A stretch of DNA of 64,000 nt from assembly GCA_027330985.1 (NCBI GenBank), contig DAHVZI010000002.1, positions 75,162-139,161 of the forward strand. The letters run 5' to 3'. The stretch is from Candidatus Uhrbacteria bacterium (GTDB taxonomy: Bacteria; Patescibacteriota; Patescibacteriia; 2-12-FULL-60-25). The translations under genes and the position numbers were made by a program. The notes beneath the pieces are model-generated. The model was not told the origin of the DNA, did no database searches, and saw nothing but the letters and a program-made list of their open reading frames with translations. Shown here one piece after another: positions 50,658 through 60,842 of this stretch (positions are counted from its first letter, which is position 1; every line of letters begins with the position of its first letter).

Positions 50658-52034
50658 ATGAGTACTTTTGGTGCTCAATACCATATGCCTGAGATCAAAC
50701 CTGAAATTGAAACTTTCGCCAAGATCAAAGTAGTCGGTGTCGGAGGATCCGGAGGTTCGGCTATCAATCGGATGATCGCCTCGAAAATCCGTGGCGTCGA
50801 ATTCGTCGTCATGAATACTGACGTGCAAGCGTTGCATCACAGTGCAGCCTCGGTCAAATTGCATATCGGCAAGACCGTGACACGAGGTTTGGGTGCGGGC
50901 ATGGATCCCGAGGTCGGTGCAAGAGCGGCAGAGGAATCACAGAATGAGATCAAAGAAATACTCAAAGGCGCGGACATGGTGTTCATCACCTGCGGTTTGG
51001 GTGGAGGTACTGGTTCAGGTGCGGCGCCTGTCATAGCGGAGATGGCGAAGGAGATCGGCGCCTTGACCGTGGCCGTGGTGACACGACCGTTCACTTTCGA
51101 AGGAGCGCAGCGCAGGGCCATCGCAGACACGGCCCATGAGAAACTTGCGGATGTGGTGGATACGATAATCACCATACCGAATGACCGTGTGCTTCAGATC
51201 ATCGACCGCAAGACATCTCTGTTGGATGCATTCGAAATAGTGGATGATGTGTTGCGCCAAGGCGTCCAGGGCATATCTGAGCTTATTACCGTCCCCGGTT
51301 TGATCAATGTCGATTTCGCGGACGTCCGTGCCATCATGCATGATCGCGGTTCTGCCTTGATGGGTATCGGCCGTGGGAGCGGAGAGAACCGTGCGGCAGA
51401 AGCGGCTAAGGCAGCCATCGCTTCGCCTTTGCTCGAGGTCTCAATCGATGGAGCTAAAGGCATCCTCTTCACCATCACAGGTGGCTCAAACTTGGCGATG
51501 TTCGAAGTATCTGAAGCCGCTAAGGTGATCACGCAGTCCACGGATCCGAGCGCTAAAGTCATATTCGGTGCGATTATCGATGAGGTCCTGAAGGATGAAG
51601 TCAAAGTCACGGTCATCGCTACGGGTTTCGAGGTCAGACAACCATCCGGCAAGAAGAACGTCCTGGGCTCAGGCTCTTTCACGCCCAGGTCATACGGAGA
51701 ATCGTTAGAGACGATATCTTTCGCCGGTAAGCACTCGAGCGCTCCGGCTGCCGCACAACCAACCGCACCTCAACCATCACGTTTCAACCAAGAGCCGCCG
51801 ACTTATCATCCGACGCCTGTCGCCGAGGAACAGCCTACAGCACCTTCGGCTCCACAACCGAGACAGCCTAATCCGACGCCTGCAGCAGTGCAGCCGCATG
51901 TCCAACCGCCGAATTATGCTCCGGTACAGTCTGCGCGTCCGCAGACTCCGAGCGCGCCGACGCGCGTGTCACCTCCTAAGACTGAAGAAGAAGAATTGGA
52001 GATCCCTGCTTTCATACGTAAGAAGATGATGTAG
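50658..52034 (+). CDS. ftsZ: Cell division GTPase FtsZ with long Pro/Gln-rich C-terminal linker
   Basis: Tubulin signature [15 protein letters not shown]7 loop NVDFAD, and a C-terminal conserved peptide EIPAFIRKK. Confidence 0.95.
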   Translation: MSTFGAQYHMPEIKPEIETFAKIKVVGVGGSGGSAINRMIASKIRGVEFVVMNTDVQALHHSAASVKLHIGKTVTRGLGAGMDPEVGARAAEESQNEIKEILKGADMVFITCGLGGGTGSGAAPVIAEMAKEIGALTVAVVTRPFTFEGAQRRAIADTAHEKLADVVDTIITIPNDRVLQIIDRKTSLLDAFEIVDDVLRQGVQGISELITVPGLINVDFADVRAIMHDRGSALMGIGRGSGENRAAEAAKAAIASPLLEVSIDGAKGILFTITGGSNLAMFEVSEAAKVITQSTDPSAKVIFGAIIDEVLKDEVKVTVIATGFEVRQPSGKKNVLGSGSFTPRSYGESLETISFAGKHSSAPAAAQPTAPQPSRFNQEPPTYHPTPVAEEQPTAPSAPQPRQPNPTPAAVQPHVQPPNYAPVQSARPQTPSAPTRVSPPKTEEEELEIPAFIRKKMM

Positions 52035-52053
52035 GTCGAATAGAAAGAATATT

Positions 52054-52133
52054 CCGTACTTCGTATCCTCGTGTCCTGTGGGCTTGGCCATGCGCCAGAC
52101 ACGGAGTACGATGTACGAAGTACGATTTTGTTT
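52054..52133 (+). terminator. Long-stem rho-independent terminator after ftsZ
   Basis: Imperfect inverted repeat CCGTACTTCGTATCCTCGTGTC ... GACACGGAGTACGATGTACGAAGTACG, followed by ATTTTGTTT. It ends at the nrdR start codon. Confidence 0.5.
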
Positions 52134-52646
52134 ATGCATTGCCCCATCTGCAGCCACCAAGAGACGAAAGTCATAGATTCGCGCATCTCAAGCGAAGGTT
52201 CCTCCGTACGTAGGCGCAGGGAATGCGAAAAGTGCGGTTTTCGGTTCACGACCGGCGAGGAAGTCGAGTTGCTGGATCTGGTCGTCGTAAAACGTGATGG
52301 CCGGCACGATGCTTATTCCCGCGATAAATTGGCGCAAGGCCTAAGGAAGTCGCTGGAGAAAAGACCCTATACGGATGCGGCGTTCAGGAACCTATTGAGC
52401 GCTATCGAGAGGGACATACAGAAGAAGAAAACCAACGAGATAACCAGCGCAGAGATGGGCGAGTTGGTGATGGATAGGCTGAAGGGTTTCGATAAAGTCG
52501 CGTACATACGTTTCGCCTCGGTCTACCGGCAGTTCGAGGACGTCGAATCTTTTTCCAAAGAATTGGAGACATTGAAGGCGAAAAGACGTCGGAGGAAAGA
52601 CAAAACCGGTGAAAACCGTAGTACGAATACGAGATTAGACTTATAA
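52134..52646 (+). CDS. nrdR: Transcriptional repressor NrdR
   Basis: Zn ribbon (MHCPICSH...CEKCGFRFTT) plus ATP-cone (VVKRDGRHDAYSRDKL). Start taken at the internal ATG. The track ORF begins at a GTG inside the terminator. Confidence 0.85.
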   Translation: MHCPICSHQETKVIDSRISSEGSSVRRRRECEKCGFRFTTGEEVELLDLVVVKRDGRHDAYSRDKLAQGLRKSLEKRPYTDAAFRNLLSAIERDIQKKKTNEITSAEMGELVMDRLKGFDKVAYIRFASVYRQFEDVESFSKELETLKAKRRRRKDKTGENRSTNTRLDL

Positions 52647-52656
52647 TACAAAAAAT

Positions 52657-53919
52657 ATGGAAGAACGAAAGAAAATCATCGTAAGCTTATTGATATCTGC
52701 CGCAAGCGGAGCGATCGGTGCGATTTTTGTCCTATCTTTGGCTCCTTTCGTCAGACCGCAGTTGGCTTTCTTGTTTCCGCAGAAAAATGCCATAAAAAGC
52801 GAGCAAAAGGTCATCCAACCTCCTCAGAATCCTTTATTGGCGTCTGAAAAGCCAGATGAAGAACGTGTAGTCCAAGTGGTCAAACAGGCGCAGCCTGCCG
52901 TCGTGGCTGTTTTGGTCTCGGCTGATGTGCCGACCCAACAAACACTGCCCCAATTCTATTCGCAAGATCCGTTATTCGAGCAGTTTTTCGGTCAGCAGCC
53001 GCAGCAACAGCAGGCGCCGACAGCAGACGGCCCGCAACGAGTCGCTGGCGGGTCCGGTTTCTTCGTCTCCGCCGATGGCCTGATTGTAACCAATAAACAC
53101 GTGGTCCAGCTAAGCGGATTCGCAGCGGACAAACTGTACTACAAGATACAGACCAATGCGGGCAAGACATATGATGCCAAGCTCTTGGCGGCCGATCCGA
53201 TACTCGATCTGGCTTTCCTTAAGGTAGAGAACGCAGGCGACGAGAGGTTCACCTATCTGGAGTTGGGTGATTCTTCACAACTCATGCCGGGCCAGTCGGT
53301 CATCGCCATCGGCAACGCTTTGGATGAGTTCAGGAATTCAGTGACTCAAGGAGTCGTTTCCGGTCTGAACCGGCGTATCGTGGCCGGCGACGGTGTCGGC
53401 TCAGAGGTCATAGAAGAGGCGATACAGACGGATGCTGCGATCAATCCCGGCAATTCAGGCGGACCACTTCTGGATCTGAACGGCAAAGTCGTAGGCGTGA
53501 ACAGTGCGGTGTCGGATCAAGGTCAGAACCTGGGTTTTGCCATACCATCGCAGGTGTTGCAGCGCGATTTGGATAGCGTCAACAAAGACGGGAAGATCGC
53601 CAGGCCATTCTTAGGCGTGCGCTATATCATGGTGACGCCGGAACTGATCAAGGCGAACCAGTTGAAAGTCGATCACGGTGCTTTGATCATGCGCGGCGAA
53701 AACCGGAATGAATTGGCCATATCGCCCGGTTCGCCGGCGGATAAGGCTGGGTTGAAGGAAAACGACATCATCCTTGAGGTCGATGGACAGAAAATAGATG
53801 AAGAACATTCATTGTCATCACTCATCGGTAAGCATGCTGTGGGGGATGAAGTGACGCTAAAGATCTATTCGGCGGGCGAAGAAAAGACGGTCAAGGCGAA
53901 ACTCGAGGAAATGAAATAA
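52657..53919 (+). CDS. htrA: HtrA/DegP-family serine protease with PDZ domain
   Basis: Catalytic triad context (TNKHVV, D in LKV, GNSGGPLLD). The C-terminal PDZ contains GSPADKAGLKENDIILEVDG. Confidence 0.85.
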   Translation: MEERKKIIVSLLISAASGAIGAIFVLSLAPFVRPQLAFLFPQKNAIKSEQKVIQPPQNPLLASEKPDEERVVQVVKQAQPAVVAVLVSADVPTQQTLPQFYSQDPLFEQFFGQQPQQQQAPTADGPQRVAGGSGFFVSADGLIVTNKHVVQLSGFAADKLYYKIQTNAGKTYDAKLLAADPILDLAFLKVENAGDERFTYLELGDSSQLMPGQSVIAIGNALDEFRNSVTQGVVSGLNRRIVAGDGVGSEVIEEAIQTDAAINPGNSGGPLLDLNGKVVGVNSAVSDQGQNLGFAIPSQVLQRDLDSVNKDGKIARPFLGVRYIMVTPELIKANQLKVDHGALIMRGENRNELAISPGSPADKAGLKENDIILEVDGQKIDEEHSLSSLIGKHAVGDEVTLKIYSAGEEKTVKAKLEEMK

Positions 53920-54006
53920 TCCTGTCTTTTTTCGGGACTTGACAGCGGTCGCTGCGCGGCATAAGAAAGCCGTGTAGTTTTCGGACTTTTTCTGTGGAGG
54001 TATGTT

Positions 54007-54336
54007 ATGGCTATGCCGCCAGTGACGAGACCGCAAGAAGCAAGGGAATATCTCGACGCGCTCAGGGAGCGCAAGCGTCAGGCAGAGATAGCTGGACGGA
54101 TCAACAACGCGAATCTGCGGGCTGGTTCGCCGATGTACTACTACTGTGATCTGTGCGGTCTTCTGGCTGATAAGCTGCCTGAGACGCACGTGGCTATCCC
54201 AAAGCAATACTGCGCTGCCTGTCAGGAGATGCTCGATCGCGGTTACTCGCCCAGCTTGGGCAAGTTTCCGGGTGTCGACGCCTCAGCCATCGACACGCAT
54301 GGGGAAACCGTCGGACACCGGCGGCTCGGACGCTGA
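54007..54336 (+). CDS. Hypothetical zinc-ribbon protein
   Basis: 109 aa with CDLC...CAAC cysteine pairs. Only coding candidate in the 500-nt gap between htrA and pyk. Confidence 0.3.
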   Translation: MAMPPVTRPQEAREYLDALRERKRQAEIAGRINNANLRAGSPMYYYCDLCGLLADKLPETHVAIPKQYCAACQEMLDRGYSPSLGKFPGVDASAIDTHGETVGHRRLGR

Positions 54337-54416
54337 ACTTCTGCGCACGCATCCACTCGGATGCGTGCGCTTTCCGTTTTGTCCGAACCGGTAACTGCGG
54401 TACAATGCCATAAAAT

Positions 54417-55868
54417 ATGGCAAAGCAAACCAAGCGTACAAAGATCGTCTGCACGATAGGCCCGGCGACGGCGAGTAAGGAAAAGATCAAAGAGTTGATA
54501 AGTTCCGGGATGAACATGGCGCGATTGAATTTTTCGCACGGTTCGTATGCCGATCACACAAAACTCATCAAGGCCATCCGTACTGCGTCGGCTGAACTGG
54601 GTGAGACGGTCGCTATCCTGCAGGATCTGCAGGGTCCGAAGATCCGTGTCGGAGAGTTGCCGGGCAAGGGTGTCGAGTTGAAGGCCGGAAGTACGGTCGT
54701 GTTGACGACAAGCAGCAAGCCGGGGGAAGGCAAGCTGCCTGTGACGTATGCGGATCTGCATAAAGACGTCGAACCGGGGCAGAAATTGTTGCTGGACGAC
54801 GGTTTGATGGACATGAAGGTGGTCAAAGTAGTGGGCCGCGACATCACGTGTCTCGTCGGGACCGGCGGACTCCTGACGTCGCATAAGGGCATAAACTTGC
54901 CGGAGACCAAGGTCAGTGCCTCGGCTTTGTCGGATAAAGACAAGCAGGATGCGGAATTCGGTGTGAAGATGGATGTGGACTGGATCGCGTTGTCTTTCGT
55001 ACGCACGGCCAAGGAGATCCTTGATCTGAAATACCTCATAAAGAAATTCGAGAAACAGCAGAAAAAGAAAGTCACGGCGCCTATCCGCATCATCGCCAAG
55101 ATCGAGAAACGTGAGGCGGTGGATAATATCCAGAGCATCCTGGAGGTCGTCGACGGCATCATGGTGGCACGCGGCGATTTGGGCATAGAGATTCCGGCGG
55201 AGGATGTGCCGTTGGTGCAGAAACATCTCGTGGATGCGGCGCGCGAAGCGTCCAGGCCGGTCATCGTAGCGACGCAGATGTTGGATTCCATGATCCGCAA
55301 TCCACGCCCGACGAGGGCAGAAGTCTCGGATGTAGCCAATGCGGTGATCGATCATACGGACGCGGTCATGCTGTCGGGCGAGACGGCTGCGGGAAAATAT
55401 CCGATCGAGACGGTAGAGACCATGGCGCGCATCGTCCGCCGTACGGAGCAATCGCACTATGACGATGTGGCGGCACCGAAGATCCGCAAGTTCCTGACGG
55501 AGGAAGAGGCCGTGTCCAATGTCGCCGCCATACTGGCGAAGAGCACTGACGCCGCAGCCATCCTGGTGGCGTCACTCTCCGGCTCGGCCGGCAGGATAGT
55601 CAGCCGTTATCGACCTGAATTGCCGATCCTCGTCTCGACGAACGACCCGCGGGTGTGCAGGCAGCTTTCGGTCTCGTGGGGTGTGGTTCCCTTCGTCTTG
55701 CCGACTTGCCGCAGCATCGAAGAGCTTATAGATCGTTCGATGATCTATCTGTTGGAGGCGCGTCAGGTCAAGAAAGGCGACGACGTGATAGTCATCGCTG
55801 GAGAGCCGGTCGGAGTCTCCGGACACATCAACTTCGTCGAAATCCGTAGAGTCGGACTAGAGAAATGA
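54417..55868 (+). CDS. pyk: Pyruvate kinase
   Basis: 483 aa with PK signature (KIVCTIGPAT, NFSHG, MVARGDLGIEIP). Confidence 0.9.
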   Translation: MAKQTKRTKIVCTIGPATASKEKIKELISSGMNMARLNFSHGSYADHTKLIKAIRTASAELGETVAILQDLQGPKIRVGELPGKGVELKAGSTVVLTTSSKPGEGKLPVTYADLHKDVEPGQKLLLDDGLMDMKVVKVVGRDITCLVGTGGLLTSHKGINLPETKVSASALSDKDKQDAEFGVKMDVDWIALSFVRTAKEILDLKYLIKKFEKQQKKKVTAPIRIIAKIEKREAVDNIQSILEVVDGIMVARGDLGIEIPAEDVPLVQKHLVDAAREASRPVIVATQMLDSMIRNPRPTRAEVSDVANAVIDHTDAVMLSGETAAGKYPIETVETMARIVRRTEQSHYDDVAAPKIRKFLTEEEAVSNVAAILAKSTDAAAILVASLSGSAGRIVSRYRPELPILVSTNDPRVCRQLSVSWGVVPFVLPTCRSIEELIDRSMIYLLEARQVKKGDDVIVIAGEPVGVSGHINFVEIRRVGLEK

Positions 55869-58276
55869 AACATATGAAGAAATCAGATTTTTGCGTCCCA
55901 TTCTCCAGATTACGCCTGAAAGACATACCGGGCGTGGGAGGAAAAAACGCTTCGTTGGGCGAGATGTTCGTCCGACTGAGATCGAGGGGTATTCCGGTGC
56001 CGGATGGGTTCGCCGTGACGACTCATGCCTATTGGGCTTTCGTCGACGCCAATGGTCTGCGCAAGACCATAAAGGATACGTTGCGTGGCTTGGACGTGGA
56101 TGATGCCGACGATCTGGCGCGACGCGGCAAAATCATCAGAGAAGCATTCGTCTCAGGTCAGATGCCGGAGAAGGTAACGCAGGAGATAACAAAAGCCTAT
56201 GCCGCTTTATCCAAACGCCTGGATTGTCGTTTCGCGGACGTAGCGGTCCGTTCGTCAGCCACGGCGGAAGATCTGCCGACGGTCTCGTTCGCCGGACAGC
56301 AGGAGACCTATCTGCATGTCCAGGGACAGGAGATGCTGGTCGATGCGGTGCGTAAGTGTTTCGCGTCATTGTTCACGGATCGGGCCATAGTCTATCGCGT
56401 CGCCAACGGTTTCGACCATCTCAAAGTCGCTTTGTCGGCCGGGGTGCAACAGATGGTGCGTTCTGATTTGGGTGCGGCCGGCGTGATGTTCACCTTGCAC
56501 ACCGAGACGGGTTTCCCTGACGTCATCCTGATAAACGCTTCGTATGGCTTGGGTGAGAGCGTGGTGAAGGGCCTGGTGAATCCTGACCAGTATCTGGTGC
56601 ATAAGCCGACTTTGGCTTTAGGTTTCAAGTCAGTCATCGAGCATCGTCTGGGCAATAAGCATAAGAAGATAGTCTATGCACGACCCGAGGCGCATCGGTT
56701 GATGAACGCTGAAGGCATGACAAGATCCGTCCTGACTGACGCCAAAGACCGTATACGTTGGACATTGAAGGATGAGGAGGTTTTGCAGTTGGCGAAATGG
56801 GGCGTAGAGATAGAGAAATATTTTTCGCACGAATCAAGGATGGAGCGCCCGATGGACATCGAATGGGCCAAGGACGGGAAGAACGGGAAGCTGTACATCG
56901 TGCAAGCCAGGCCGGAGACTGTCGCGTCGCAGAAATCCAAATCATTCATGGAGACGTATAGGCTCAAGGCCAGCGCAAGGCCGATACTGCAAGGCGTGGC
57001 TGTTGGGCAGAAGATCGGGGCAGGCAAGGCGCGCCTGCTCAAGACGGCGAAAGAGATGGATAGGTTCAAGCCGGGCGAGGTCTTGGTGGCGCATATGACC
57101 GATCCCGATTGGGTACCGGTGATGAAGCAAGCGGCGGCCATCGTGACCGAAGAAGGAGGGCGGACGTGCCATGCCGCGATCGTATCACGTGAACTTGGGG
57201 TACCTTGCGTGGTCGGCGTGCCGAACGCCATGCAGAAACTGAAAGACGGCATGGATGTGACGGTCAGCGCCGAACATGGCGAGGAGGGTTATGTCTATGC
57301 CGGCATACTACCGTTCGAGATCAAGCGGACTCCGCTCAAACGTCCGGCAAACCTCAAGACCAAGGTGATGATCAATGTCGGTAATCCTGACATCGCTTTC
57401 GAGAATGCGGTCTTGCCGGTCGATGGCGTGGGACTGGCACGTATGGAGTTCATCCTGAACGAACATGTGAAGATCCATCCTTTAGCGGCTTTGTCCCCAT
57501 CTGAAGTCGGCAGTAGGGACCGCGAGTTGATACGTAAGTTGTCTTTAGGCTATAAGAACCCAAGGGAATATTTCGTCTCGGTCTTGGCGGAAGGCATAGC
57601 TAAGATAGCGGCGGCATTCTACGACAAACCCGTGATCGTACGTACTTCGGATTTCAAGACTAACGAGTATGCGAATCTGATAGGCGGAAAACTTTTCGAG
57701 CCGAAGGAGGCGAACCCTATGCTAGGTTGGCGCGGCGCATCGCGTTATTACGACCCTGCGTATCGGCCGGCTTTCGCCTTGGAATGCGAGGCGCTGCGGC
57801 GCGTGAGGGAGACGTTCGGCCTGACAAACGTGGTCGTCATGATCCCTTTCTGCAGGACGGTCGAGGAAGCTAAGCAGGTGTTGGGTGTGATGAGGGAAAA
57901 CGGTCTGTGCCGAGGCGTAAAGGGTTTGGAGATTTATATGATGGTGGAGATCCCGAGCAACGTAATCTTGGCCGAAGATTTCGCGAAGCATTTCGACGGT
58001 TTCTCTATTGGTTCGAACGATCTGACTCAGCTGACTTTGGGTGTGGATCGGGATTCCGCTCTAGTCCGCCATCTGTATGATGAGAGGAATCCGGCGGTGA
58101 AATCGCTGATCGCATCGGTCATCCGTTCAGCCAAGAGGAGCAAGACGAAGATAGGGATCTGCGGCCAGGCGCCTTCCGACTATCCGGAATTCGCGAAATT
58201 CCTGGTGCAGCAGGGGATAGACAGCATGTCGCTCAATCCCGACACAGCGATGGCGATAATGAAACGGCTGAAATGA
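55865..58276 (+). CDS. ppsA: Phosphoenolpyruvate synthase (pyruvate, water dikinase)
   Basis: 803 aa with all three domains: N-terminal ATP-binding, swivel His (GGRTCHAAIVSRELGVPCVVG), and C-terminal PEP-utilising TIM barrel (GICGQAPSD). The ATG overlaps the pyk stop (ATGA). Confidence 0.9.
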   Translation: MKHMKKSDFCVPFSRLRLKDIPGVGGKNASLGEMFVRLRSRGIPVPDGFAVTTHAYWAFVDANGLRKTIKDTLRGLDVDDADDLARRGKIIREAFVSGQMPEKVTQEITKAYAALSKRLDCRFADVAVRSSATAEDLPTVSFAGQQETYLHVQGQEMLVDAVRKCFASLFTDRAIVYRVANGFDHLKVALSAGVQQMVRSDLGAAGVMFTLHTETGFPDVILINASYGLGESVVKGLVNPDQYLVHKPTLALGFKSVIEHRLGNKHKKIVYARPEAHRLMNAEGMTRSVLTDAKDRIRWTLKDEEVLQLAKWGVEIEKYFSHESRMERPMDIEWAKDGKNGKLYIVQARPETVASQKSKSFMETYRLKASARPILQGVAVGQKIGAGKARLLKTAKEMDRFKPGEVLVAHMTDPDWVPVMKQAAAIVTEEGGRTCHAAIVSRELGVPCVVGVPNAMQKLKDGMDVTVSAEHGEEGYVYAGILPFEIKRTPLKRPANLKTKVMINVGNPDIAFENAVLPVDGVGLARMEFILNEHVKIHPLAALSPSEVGSRDRELIRKLSLGYKNPREYFVSVLAEGIAKIAAAFYDKPVIVRTSDFKTNEYANLIGGKLFEPKEANPMLGWRGASRYYDPAYRPAFALECEALRRVRETFGLTNVVVMIPFCRTVEEAKQVLGVMRENGLCRGVKGLEIYMMVEIPSNVILAEDFAKHFDGFSIGSNDLTQLTLGVDRDSALVRHLYDERNPAVKSLIASVIRSAKRSKTKIGICGQAPSDYPEFAKFLVQQGIDSMSLNPDTAMAIMKRLK

Positions 58277-58319
58277 ATCCATAAAAGGCGAGCGATTTTC
58301 GCCACATGATAGAGCAACA

Positions 58320-58346
58320 GACAGGCGAGTGCCTGTCTGTCTGTTT
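58320..58346. terminator. Candidate bidirectional terminator between convergent ppsA and downstream minus-strand gene
   Basis: GACAGGC-gagt-GCCTGTC hairpin followed by a T-rich stretch. Confidence 0.4.
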
Positions 58347-58351
58347 GAGAT

Positions 58352-59185
58352 TCAGTCTTCGTCCCAGCCTTCATCGACGTCGTCGCTCGGCAAGGATTCT
58401 GCGGGGGTCGTTGGTTTTTCTTGGGCAGGGACTCCGTAGGCGCGGGTGCGATTGCGGGCATCGTTCCGCGGTTTAGCGTTCTGCGGCTTGATGAGCGGCA
58501 AAAGGCTTTCCGGATTGCGTGGGCTTCGGTCGCTCGTGGCCGGCGCAACGTGTTGGAGCGGACGCTTCTGCAATTCTATCTTGGCGATAGGCGTGCGCGG
58601 AGCGGGAGCGGCTGGCGCTTCTTGCGTCTCACGGAGACGGCGTATCTTTTCGAGCGCGGCGGCGACTTCCGGTTTCAGCCGAGGTATTTGCGGCTGCCGG
58701 AGTTTTTCGGCCAAGCGCGCTTGAGCTGCCTCGAATGCCGGCGGTTTGACCGATTCTCGACGAGCCTGCTCCGGGGCGTCGAGCACCAGGAACATGTCTT
58801 TTCCTGTGAGGCCCGCCGCACTGACGATGAAGGGCTGGATAGCCTTTGTCTCTTTACAGGCCTCACGGAATTCCATGAAGCTTACGGCGAGCTCCACGCG
58901 TTTCATGACCTCGAACTCATCACCGCCTAGGCCGCGCATCAGGATGATGCGTGTACGGAAGACGCCGGAGAACACGATTTTGATTCGGACGTCACCGTCG
59001 ACCCAAGAGCTTGCGATAGCTACGCGCGCCAGGAAACGGATGAGCATCGTGGATGTGCCATCGTGCGGCTCAGAGAGCTCTGCCATGCGGAGCAAGAGTT
59101 CGTAGGTGTCTTCGCGGCTCTCGGCCGCTTCGGCGAAATGGTCTTCGGTCAGGTCGTTACAACTTACAAGGAACGAAAAATCCAT
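58352..59185 (-). CDS. Hypothetical protein (globular N-domain, Pro/Ala/Lys-rich C-terminal tail)
   Basis: 277-aa ORF. No recognisable domain. Confidence 0.4.
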   Translation of the reverse strand: MDFSFLVSCNDLTEDHFAEAAESREDTYELLLRMAELSEPHDGTSTMLIRFLARVAIASSWVDGDVRIKIVFSGVFRTRIILMRGLGGDEFEVMKRVELAVSFMEFREACKETKAIQPFIVSAAGLTGKDMFLVLDAPEQARRESVKPPAFEAAQARLAEKLRQPQIPRLKPEVAAALEKIRRLRETQEAPAAPAPRTPIAKIELQKRPLQHVAPATSDRSPRNPESLLPLIKPQNAKPRNDARNRTRAYGVPAQEKPTTPAESLPSDDVDEGWDED

Positions 59186-59227
59186 GGCCTCCTCCAGCCA
59201 GGAGGTAACAGCAAAAATACGGTCATG

Positions 59228-59962
59228 TCAACGTTTACGGATGGCGAGATAATGCTGGCGTGTCTTTTCATCCAATCGTTCGATCGAATAGCGCAACATG
59301 GTACGCGGCATGTCCGCGGCGTAAGTATCGAGGAATCCGGTCAGGGTCTTCTCCGAACAGCGTTTGCCTACTTCGCGCAACATCCAACCGAGCGATTTGT
59401 GCATGAGGTCGTGACGATCCGCCATCAGTCTTTTCGCGAGCGATAAGATATCAGCGCAATCCCCTTGTCTGATGAACCAGAAACAGGCGAGCACCGCGAT
59501 ACGCCTGTCCCATAACAGCTTGGATCCAGCTAAGCGATACAGGACGGTGCGCGGCTTCTCGACCAGATGCTGGCCGACTATCTGCGGGGCCGTCAGATCC
59601 ACCAGATCCCAATTGTTGACGTAGCGCGTGTTGTCCAAATAAGTTCGGTAGATCTTTTCTCGTATTCGCGGTTTTCCATGTTCATACGCATCGACCATGA
59701 TGAGCAGGGCGCACAGACGTTCTTCGTGGATGGGGGAATGGAGAAGCTTGATGACGGACACGAGGTCGAGGTCGCGAAATTTTTTAGCCACGCGACGGAT
59801 GTCCGGGACGACGACTCCGATGAATTCGTCGCCTTCGCCATATTCACCTTTGCCGGTCTTGAAGAAGCGGCGCAGGAGAATGGCTTTATCCGCATCGGCG
59901 AAATCCTTGAGTTCTTTCTTGAGCGATGCGAGAGACAGCTTCTTGTTTTTCGGTCCTGACAT
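59228..59962 (-). CDS. DNA alkylation repair protein (AlkD/AlkC HEAT-like repeat family)
   Basis: NNWDLVD motif and HEAT-like repeat pattern. Start taken at MSGPKNKK. Confidence 0.7.
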   Translation of the reverse strand: MSGPKNKKLSLASLKKELKDFADADKAILLRRFFKTGKGEYGEGDEFIGVVVPDIRRVAKKFRDLDLVSVIKLLHSPIHEERLCALLIMVDAYEHGKPRIREKIYRTYLDNTRYVNNWDLVDLTAPQIVGQHLVEKPRTVLYRLAGSKLLWDRRIAVLACFWFIRQGDCADILSLAKRLMADRHDLMHKSLGWMLREVGKRCSEKTLTGFLDTYAADMPRTMLRYSIERLDEKTRQHYLAIRKR

Positions 59963-60312
59963 ATGTGTGGATATCGTTGACGACATGATACCTGATTATC
60001 GGGTTTTTATAGCAATATCGCGCCTATAATGGGCCTTGAACCCAAGTCTTGCCAATATTCTGTGGCCATGGTATTTTTTTATCACTTCGGAGCAATCCGA
60101 AAGTGTGCAAACGAGGAAAGGCTCCGCTCTTAATAAGTGCGGGGTTTTTCTTTATGCAGGATCGAGGTTTCTGCGCTTTTTCGTCATCGATCCTTCTTGA
60201 CTCGATTTTTGCAAAAACGAATCGCGCTCGGCCGGAGTCGGGCGAGCGCGTCGGAGCTTAACTTAAGAGGTCGCTAAGCGAGAGTGTGTTTACTGGTCAG
60301 CGGCGCAGAGGT

Positions 60313-60678
60313 CTAGACCTCGAGGTCTTTCGGCTCGCTGTGCCAGGCGGCAGCGGGAGTCAGGTTCTCCTGGGCGAAGGGGAGCGCGGCCTCCAGCGTC
60401 TTGACCATCGGGCGGTGATTGATTCCCTGGAGTAGGCCGATCTCCGCAGTCGCCTGCGTGCAGCTGCCAGGCGATCCGTCTTTCGGCAGGTCCCATTTGA
60501 TGGGGTCGGTGAATCCGCAACGCGGGATATCGAAGTAGATGTCTACTTCGTCGAACGAGTCGGCGATGGCGATGACGCCGGGGGCGAGTTCGCGCGCCTT
60601 CAGTGCCTTGAATTTGCGCGATTCGATGTACGCAAGGACCTTAGCAAGGAACGGATCGGGTTTGTCGGATTTGGCCAC
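60313..60678 (-). CDS. Hypothetical protein
   Basis: The track ORF starts at a TTG (60732). A GTG at about 60678 is preceded at 5 nt by a perfect AAGGAGG, so I take it as the real start. No domain recognised. Confidence 0.4.
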   Translation of the reverse strand: MAKSDKPDPFLAKVLAYIESRKFKALKARELAPGVIAIADSFDEVDIYFDIPRCGFTDPIKWDLPKDGSPGSCTQATAEIGLLQGINHRPMVKTLEAALPFAQENLTPAAAWHSEPKDLEV

Positions 60679-60842
60679 GTCTGCCTCCTTTGATGTTGTC
60701 CGAGCAAGGGCGGAACATGTGCTGGATGGCAATTCATTACGCTACGCCGTAGAAAAAGTCAATTATGTGAGGTGGTGGGGATGGGGTTGACTGTTAGTTT
60801 TGGCCTATGTAACCTCTCGGCAGGTCCCTAAGGAGGTTGGCT

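Noticed and set aside
54243-55457. 404-aa minus-strand ORF
   Set aside because: Antisense to pyruvate kinase. Arg/His-rich low-complexity translation.
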